64,000 nucleotides of DNA from assembly GCA_026397015.1 (NCBI GenBank), contig JAPLVR010000003.1, positions 128,001 to 192,000 on the forward strand, given 5' to 3'. The DNA comes from Candidatus Iainarchaeum sp. (GTDB taxonomy: Archaea > Iainarchaeota > Iainarchaeia > Iainarchaeales > JAAZKV01). Each line of letters opens with the position of its first letter. The first letter of the stretch is position 1. Below are positions 58,501 through 64,000 of this stretch, one piece after another. The notes below the pieces were generated by a model. That model saw only the letters and a list, made by a program, of their open reading frames with translations. It did not search any database and was not told the origin of the DNA. The position numbers and the translations under genes are program-made.

Positions 58501-61043
58501 GTTGTAATGTGCGAAAGCCCATCAATAACATCAATAATTTCACTTTTTCCGAATTCATTGGTTTCTTCCAAATCATCAAGCGCATCCGTTGCCGAATTCA
58601 AGCTTTCAGTTGCCGCTTCCAAATTTGCTATTGTTTCTTCGTGTGCGCCCTTTGCCATTTCCAAATATTTTTTAGCATCCGCATCATCGCTTGATGCAGA
58701 GTAGAAAGCATCAATTGCAGCAGCTTCCAATGCTTTTTGGGCATAATTTACAGCATTTTTGGAACTTTCAACTGCCGCATTGGCGGATTCCAACGAAGCC
58801 TTTGCAAATTCTAATGTTTCATCCGCACTTGCTTTTCCGTCCCCCTCAGACAATGTCATCACTGAATCTACTGCTTGCATCATGCTCGTAACACTATCAA
58901 GAATTAACAAAAAACCTTCAAAATAACTTATTTCATATGCGGTTTTTGCAGTGACATATGAAGAAGCGACTTTGCCAGCAGCTGGAATTGCAATCAGTGT
59001 GCCGGCTGTTGCAGCAGATGGCCCACAAACCGAACCTGCAATAGCCGCCGCAGTTACAGAAGCAACGTACATGTTTACTGCATAATCCCCTCCAGTGAAC
59101 AATCCCCAGTTCACAACACAAACAGCTCCTTGAGCGGTTAACTCCGTAAGCGCCAATGTTAACTGAACTGTCGCAACCGTCTTCCCGTAATCCGTTCCTT
59201 CCCCAAATGAATCAACTGCAGCTTGCGCAGCATCGACAGCGGATTGCGCGGCATCTTTTACTTTGAGGGCTTCCTCATGAGCTTTTATTGAATCCAAATA
59301 AGCTTTTTTTATCAAAGCATTTCGCGGAGCGGAAAACGCCTGCGCCGTTGCGCGCGCCTCATCAATTTGCTTCAGAGTTTCTGTCAGGGACGCCTGATAT
59401 TTTCCGACGCCTGCTTCTTTTCCTAAGTTGTTCCACCAGCCGCTTCCACCGGTGGAAGTGTCTTTTGATGTGCTTGAACTATTTACATCAGTAGAACCGC
59501 TTCCGCCTGAATTTGAATCAGCGGACAATGCTTCGCCTGCATTTGCATAAATGTCGCAGATGCTTGCATTCACATGAACGTCTTCCGCAAGAGTCGGGTT
59601 GGAGACGCGAATGGAATCTTTCGTGCCATTTCCAAGCAGAGAAATCACAAACTTATCGGGCTTAAGCATCTCATCGCTTGGCTCAACAAAAACTTCTTTT
59701 TCCGCAATGAATGCTTTTTTGTAGCCGACAATGTTTGCGTGAACTGTTAAGCCGTAAACGCCCGGAATTTCTCCTTTTGTAATCATAATTGTTTTTTTGG
59801 AATTGCCGCGGGGGGAAAGGCTGAATGAAGCCGGAGAAATGTCAATTGAGCCCTCGCTCGCGCCGCCGGTGCACCCATCATCGCCGTCGCAGATATAGAA
59901 CGCTATTGAGTCGGAGCTGCAGGCGGAAGCGTCAATTGTAATTTCCGCGCTTTCTTCGCCCTTCGGAATAACTAATTCTGATTTTGAAAACTTTACGCAC
60001 TGCTCTAAATTGTCCAATGCAACATCAAAATTAATTCCGACTCCGTTTTGGTCCGAGCCGAACATCACCGAAAAATTTGCTTTCTGCCCCGCATACTCGA
60101 CAAAAGGGGTAAAAATTATTTTTGCGGGGTAATCGCTTTTCGTAGCGGAATTTGTTAAAAGCGCCGGAGAAAGGGAGAGCGTTCTTCCCATTAATTCTCC
60201 TTTCTTATCCGCCATAACCACCTCGACTGTCCCCATTTGTTTGCTGTTCCATTTTACGTAAGCATTCAAATCCGCCTTTGTGTCGCAACTTACTTTAAGT
60301 TTGAAATCCGTTTCGAGCATTCCGAAGGGAGTTGATTCTCTCACCGAACTTTTGTTGAGCGCGAGGCAGCCGTTTGAAAAGTAATCTTTTATTGTCACGT
60401 GGACAGGAATCGTTATTATTGTTGTTTCATTCGTATCGGGATTGAGAACGGTAATTAGAACATTGACATCGTATTCTCCGGGCGGCAATCCTTCGGGAGG
60501 AAAGAGGTCAAAGGAAATCCTTCCATTCGCATCCACAGCAGCATTTTCAACCAGCCACACTATTTTGCCGTCGGTGCTTTTTCCCTCCGCCTTAACTATT
60601 ATTGAATTTGGGGAAACCAGCGGCTCGCCCTTGATGCGCAGGGAAACTCTTGCGGAGGAATCGCCTGAAACCATAACTGCTTCCAACGGCGGGCCTTTTG
60701 AATTAATTGTTTTGTCTGCCTTTCCGTCCTGGAAATGCTGAATCGTTCCGGCAACATCATTTCCTGAGTCGTCGGTAAACGAGTATGCACCCGAACCGGA
60801 AAAATTTCCCGGATTCATTAAAACGAGCAAAATTATTATTGCGACAACGATTGCAACAGGAACGATAAGCTGATTTCTTTTATCTTCCAAAAAAAATTCT
60901 AACTTGGTCAAAAGCCCTTCCTTTTCCGCGCTTTCTTCCTCTTCATCGCCGTAAAAAGAGGGTTTGTATTCTCTGGGCGAATAGTCTTCTTCAATGTCAC
61001 CATAATAACTATCAGAACCCTTTGAGCGCTTTTTTGAAGCCAT
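55518..61043 (-). CDS. Giant membrane-anchored putative surface protein (paralog C) with large Ala-rich helical insert
   Basis: ORF track extends to 61079; likely start MASKK at 61043; N-terminal TM; collinear with paralog A apart from a 620-aa insert. Confidence 0.88.
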   Translation of the reverse strand: MASKKRSKGSDSYYGDIEEDYSPREYKPSFYGDEEEESAEKEGLLTKLEFFLEDKRNQLIVPVAIVVAIIILLVLMNPGNFSGSGAYSFTDDSGNDVAGTIQHFQDGKADKTINSKGPPLEAVMVSGDSSARVSLRIKGEPLVSPNSIIVKAEGKSTDGKIVWLVENAAVDANGRISFDLFPPEGLPPGEYDVNVLITVLNPDTNETTIITIPVHVTIKDYFSNGCLALNKSSVRESTPFGMLETDFKLKVSCDTKADLNAYVKWNSKQMGTVEVVMADKKGELMGRTLSLSPALLTNSATKSDYPAKIIFTPFVEYAGQKANFSVMFGSDQNGVGINFDVALDNLEQCVKFSKSELVIPKGEESAEITIDASACSSDSIAFYICDGDDGCTGGASEGSIDISPASFSLSPRGNSKKTIMITKGEIPGVYGLTVHANIVGYKKAFIAEKEVFVEPSDEMLKPDKFVISLLGNGTKDSIRVSNPTLAEDVHVNASICDIYANAGEALSADSNSGGSGSTDVNSSSTSKDTSTGGSGWWNNLGKEAGVGKYQASLTETLKQIDEARATAQAFSAPRNALIKKAYLDSIKAHEEALKVKDAAQSAVDAAQAAVDSFGEGTDYGKTVATVQLTLALTELTAQGAVCVVNWGLFTGGDYAVNMYVASVTAAAIAGSVCGPSAATAGTLIAIPAAGKVASSYVTAKTAYEISYFEGFLLILDSVTSMMQAVDSVMTLSEGDGKASADETLEFAKASLESANAAVESSKNAVNYAQKALEAAAIDAFYSASSDDADAKKYLEMAKGAHEETIANLEAATESLNSATDALDDLEETNEFGKSEIIDVIDGLSHITTVLYVARLSELYTAHTAIGSAQAEMVVATGTGGITVIATECLKCSGDEKCAAAYAKCLLITGVGGSDPALRTKLASISSGLTLEMVTSTLDILVTAGDVFAVFLNMMKDTGADIDGAKSAYESTISTYGDVIDVQQKAIDSLDAAIIAAGELSNDEKASSDAATYSSANFADSSYNKKRLAGLIASAVSHGYIAGAYEGGVYTTADTGTALTGTGTGLNTGNIGTSSQTNKFNSNKILLAGDSGSSDSTSAEDEAANFTEGLNKSFTQDCANRIDLGLTDYVINLVKDGKPIGVSNEGVGATWSFSDAKMFDVFEKQEVGVIFSNNGLVKNGYGTVTLNATKHIHGPLAESTDGNGADSSTSSSTEGDDSGLTVTTVKEKPKSSGNEEGGEIVKIDGQPFGPFNIPDASTETVSKKFHFKFNAAPRVEAATGLKLGSCSNGLTRGAEGKDALPNINLSWKWDGFDDSKYLDAAQMSIVLSKKLTAFDEALKSISASCPPNPSLEVLQIVKPSEYLPKDLPKCYLPLTTRLYDGKPALYYFVSGNADEFEKILNFNVKLMKDGFGTKFQQDFTKEYTTKILLSHPSFTDSDKGMAKYFRGANCYYSSEAAGFSASDRFVVPDAGEYSVRLLADLKDTGLFSSGAPSAKIIFQLYPVKPINDSFSVFYYSPFDGAVGMESSTDVIPEDGNVYDANSPGVADQNSPGTDKNGIVVVGGVSKRDGYGFGISGGNDDYFNVDNKGSIIESGSTALLNIPYRNAKSLFEINSLNSMRGKLFDYKYAYNPKGGTDANSYITFAPSFATPLIVSTHANSGEKAQLLYKPMRDSKDINSTSPGFLLLTGIGNGKCRDFSGTSAAKNYFLYPDSKFGGYYGLKFDEAVQGGDIYFKTIIYSPVSESYSIQPIQGTSLHTLQGSNANSAPLKGIGGMVFNDETNNSRIFSLEDLFDAVKQGDVCISNMGNRAMLFWNEGSLSTADASNGHSLSSREDSLSAGCIK

Positions 61044-61194
61044 TTTTCCCACTGAAAACCCGCAATTTTGCCGCAACAATTATTCAAAAACCTGCAACCT
61101 CGCTGTAACTATTATATGCAATCTTGCTATAACTATTATTTCTCTTTCATATATATATGCATGTTGTTCTGCGGAATTCATTAATTCAAACGCA

Positions 61195-62166
61195 TTAATC
61201 CCTTTCAATTATTTTGGTTTTAAAGCGGCTTTTCCTTTTTTTCAGCAAAACAATTCTTGACTCCTTTTTTTCTGATTCATATGCATAGGAAGGCATCTTT
61301 TCGAGCAGCTGTTCCGAATATGCTTTCACCTCGGAGTGGGAAGGCATTGCCTCGTACTTCAGGCGGCGCCTTGAAAAGCCGAGATTCATATACGCTTTAA
61401 CCTCGATGAAATCGCTTTGAACGGCTTCCAAAACTTCCGCAAATTCGCACAATGTTTCCTCGGAATAATTCAATTCTTTTATGAGTGTTAGGCGGATAAC
61501 CGTTCTGCACGGAAGCAGTTTCAGAAGCGCGAGAGATTTCAAATAATTTTTCCAGCCGTTTTTTTCGGTGTTGCATGTGATTTTTCTGTAAAGCCCTTTA
61601 TTTGGAGCCGCTATGGAAATGTAAAGCTGGGTCGGGAGGGAATTTTTTTCCCACAACTGGAAAAGCATTTTTGGGTTTTGGCCGTTTGAAACCAAAAAAA
61701 CCGTTTCTGTTTTTGGTCTTTTTTTCAAAAGTGAAATCAGCTGGGGAAGTTTTTTGTAAAGGGTGGGTTCGCCGCTCAAAGAAATCGCCCAGTGTTTTTC
61801 CTCCATCGCTTCGTCATATCTTTTTCTTGCAGAAGCGCCGCTGCTTTTGAATCCGCTGATAAGAATTTTTCTTTCTTCAATCAACCCTTCAATCATTTTT
61901 TCCGGAGAGAGCGGAGAAGGGGGTTTGCCTCGCATATATTCCATCGGGCGCCAGCAAAAGACACAGGAATTGTTGCACCACAAAGCACTCGGAGTAATCT
62001 GGTGGCAGCTGATGCAGTGCGCGCCGTAAAAGTCCTGCTTGTAGCAGTGCCCCTTGCCCCTGAGCGCTTTCTTGTTCCACTCGCACACCTGAATTGCGGC
62101 ATCGCCGTTGCCGAAGAAACGGTACTGCTTTTTCCTGAACTCCCTTAAAAGACTTTCCTTGTTCAT
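61195..62166 (-). CDS. taw1: 4-demethylwyosine synthase (radical SAM, TYW1/Taw1)
   Basis: CYKQDFYG, CHQITP, CNNSCVFCWR, ISLSGEP, EVKAYM..G.SR. Confidence 0.93.
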   Translation of the reverse strand: MNKESLLREFRKKQYRFFGNGDAAIQVCEWNKKALRGKGHCYKQDFYGAHCISCHQITPSALWCNNSCVFCWRPMEYMRGKPPSPLSPEKMIEGLIEERKILISGFKSSGASARKRYDEAMEEKHWAISLSGEPTLYKKLPQLISLLKKRPKTETVFLVSNGQNPKMLFQLWEKNSLPTQLYISIAAPNKGLYRKITCNTEKNGWKNYLKSLALLKLLPCRTVIRLTLIKELNYSEETLCEFAEVLEAVQSDFIEVKAYMNLGFSRRRLKYEAMPSHSEVKAYSEQLLEKMPSYAYESEKKESRIVLLKKRKSRFKTKIIERD

Positions 62167-62269
62167 TGAAATTATTGGAGTGAGGAGTTTTTTTAAACAG
62201 GAATTTTTTTAAACAAAACAGGCATTACTTCTAACAGCAAATATAAATCTGAGACAAAGGGTGAAAAAA

Positions 62270-62707
62270 ATGGAGGGTTCAATACAATTCATTTCGAATT
62301 ACGAGGATTGGAAGGCAATAAAAAAAATAAAGATAACAGGGCAAACTAATCCGAGAACGGTTGCGGAGTTTCTTGCTGGCCTTTCAACGAGCCTTGATTC
62401 GAAAGTAGAATCAAATTTAAGAAAAATAGTCGCGCTCGACAAGCTGGACGCGGCGGTAAAAGAACTTGCATTCGGAAAAGGGGATTCGGCAAGGGCGCTT
62501 GAAGAAATCAATTCGAGAAAAATTTCTGCCGTAATAAACGAAATTATTGAGCTTCCAAATTTGCAGGCGAATGAAAAAAAGGAATTGCAGCAATTCTGCA
62601 GGGTTTATGCGACAAAAAAGGCCCTGAAAGAATGCGGGCTCATGGTTGATTATTCGGAAATCGATATTCCCGGAATGAAAAGGCTCAAGAAAAAAAAAGT
62701 TGAATAG
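62270..62707 (+). CDS. Conserved archaeal hypothetical protein (DUF2666-like)
   Basis: IQF...Y.DW...KK.KI...P..VAEFLA; family call is from memory. Confidence 0.55.
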   Translation: MEGSIQFISNYEDWKAIKKIKITGQTNPRTVAEFLAGLSTSLDSKVESNLRKIVALDKLDAAVKELAFGKGDSARALEEINSRKISAVINEIIELPNLQANEKKELQQFCRVYATKKALKECGLMVDYSEIDIPGMKRLKKKKVE

Positions 62708-62791
62708 GTTAGAAAAAACCCTATAAATTAAAATAGGTTAGAAAAAACCCGATAAATTAAAATAGGTTAGAAAAAAATCCAATAAAAATAA
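62703..62791. repeat. 29-bp tandem repeat, three copies
   Basis: aataggttagaaaaaaccc(t/g)ataaattaa at 62703 and 62732; degenerate copy at 62761. Confidence 0.85.
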
Positions 62792-62843
62792 TATCAAACA
62801 AAAATATCAAATAAAAATTCATCTGAGAAAAAAAGTGCTGTAA

Positions 62844-63680
62844 ATGTTCGACGAAATAATTGCCAACCAAATTTTGCAGGGATTCATGAGCCCCGCGCTT
62901 ACCTTATTTTTTCAAATAGTGACTTTCTTCGGCCACCCGATAATTTGGTTCGTTGCGGCTGCATGGCTTTTCTGGCTCGGAAAGGAAAAAAGAAGCGCAA
63001 TACTGGTTTCGCTTATCGTGGCGGTCGCAGTAATTTCAACCGGGGTTAAAACGCTGATTGCGAGGCCGCGGCCGGCGGGAATTGAAATACTTGAAATGCA
63101 GGACACGACCTATTCGATGCCCTCAAGCCACGCCGCAATAGGCGGGGCGATGTACGCGTTCTTTGAAAAAAAATTGGTCGGAAAATTAAAACCTCTTCAG
63201 GCACTCCTTCTCGCGGCAATAATTCTGATAGCGATTTCAAGAATCTATTTGGGCGTCCACTTCCTCAGCGACGCAATTGTCGGGCTTTTTTTGGGTTACA
63301 TCATTGCAAAGGCGGTTCTGATTTACGAAGAAAGAATGGTAAAAATAAATCTGGTAAAACTTGTCAAGATGGAATGGCCTTTCCTCCTTTCAATAATTTT
63401 CATCGCATCCATTCTTCTGATTCAACTGCTTCCGAGCGCCCTTTACGAGGCACAGACGCTTCTCGGGTATTATTTTGGTTTTATACTTCACAAACAGGGG
63501 CACAAAATATACGACGCAAAAAACAGGCCCCTAATACTTTTAATCGGAACCGCACTTCTTGCAGCAATCGGCTTTTTCGCGTATGAAATCGGGGGAATAG
63601 TCGGCGCTGTGCTATTCTTCACCGCCGGATTATTTGTAACGTTCATCTGGCCGTTTGCTTACTCAAAGTTGAAGCTTTAA
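62844..63680 (+). CDS. PAP2-family membrane phosphatase
   Basis: K.LIARPRP, PSSH, SRIYLGVH...D. Confidence 0.9.
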   Translation: MFDEIIANQILQGFMSPALTLFFQIVTFFGHPIIWFVAAAWLFWLGKEKRSAILVSLIVAVAVISTGVKTLIARPRPAGIEILEMQDTTYSMPSSHAAIGGAMYAFFEKKLVGKLKPLQALLLAAIILIAISRIYLGVHFLSDAIVGLFLGYIIAKAVLIYEERMVKINLVKLVKMEWPFLLSIIFIASILLIQLLPSALYEAQTLLGYYFGFILHKQGHKIYDAKNRPLILLIGTALLAAIGFFAYEIGGIVGAVLFFTAGLFVTFIWPFAYSKLKL

Positions 63681-63848
63681 CCGGCTTCAAAAGTCAAGGA
63701 TAAAACTTTAAAAACAAAGCAGCAACTAATTATAGGGTTTTGTCCGCAAAGCGGAGAACCAATTGTTTGTGGCAGTTGCATTTGCGAAGTATGCTGCATC
63801 GAGCGAAAGCGAAGATGCTGCTCAGATGCCAACTGGCTGCAGCAGTTG

Positions 63849-64000
63849 CCCCCCTTAGTTTAGTAGCTTGAACGCTCGGCTGTAGATATAGCCCTTTTCT
63901 TTTCGAAAGAAAAGTGCTATCATCCCAAAAGAAATTTTAGGATGCTTTTATTTCAGCGATTGCTGATACGAGTAAAAGGAATAGCTACCGAGAGATCCCC
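63849..64000 (+). tRNA. tRNA-Tyr(GTA) with 101-nt intron (63886..63986); truncated by the window end
   Basis: C1-starting acceptor, CTCGG-CTGTAG|intron|A-CCGAG; BHB central helix CTGT/ATAG with CT|A bulge. Confidence 0.88.

Noticed and set aside
62703-62791. CRISPR array
   Set aside because: The units are contiguous with no unique spacers, and there are no cas genes in the window.

Overview
An archaeal chromosome segment. The evidence is family B DNA polymerase, TYW1/Taw1, type II MetAP, a C1-starting tRNA-Tyr, 37/38 tRNA introns and GGTGA-type RBSs. The gene content suggests a DPANN lineage, possibly Iainarchaeota/Diapherotrites; this is inference only. Housekeeping and transport genes (ABC-2 exporter, trkAH, polB, map, hisS, rpiA-like, copA, UbiA, taw1, PAP2) are interspersed with nine tRNA genes (one cut by the window end) and an orphan tRNA 3' half. 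Four things stand out. (1) Three giant paralogous, probably surface-exposed proteins (>1763, 2261 and about 1840 aa) share a scaffold but carry unrelated central cassettes, two of them with hydrophobic helices. The first is followed by five small membrane proteins (three paralogous) and a degenerate HerA/VirB4-like ATPase. (2) A structured repeat family directly abuts tRNA ends, and pieces of it recur in tRNA introns. (3) A ~14 kb element is integrated at the 3' end of tRNA-Glu, carrying an integrase, an m4C MTase, an MvaI/BcnI-type REase, HEPN-like and DUF3800 genes and an AAA_25 helicase. (4) A free-standing LAGLIDADG gene runs antisense through tRNA-Thr(TGT) and is bounded by the orphan tRNA half. 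All family calls come from recognising motifs by eye; no searches were run.
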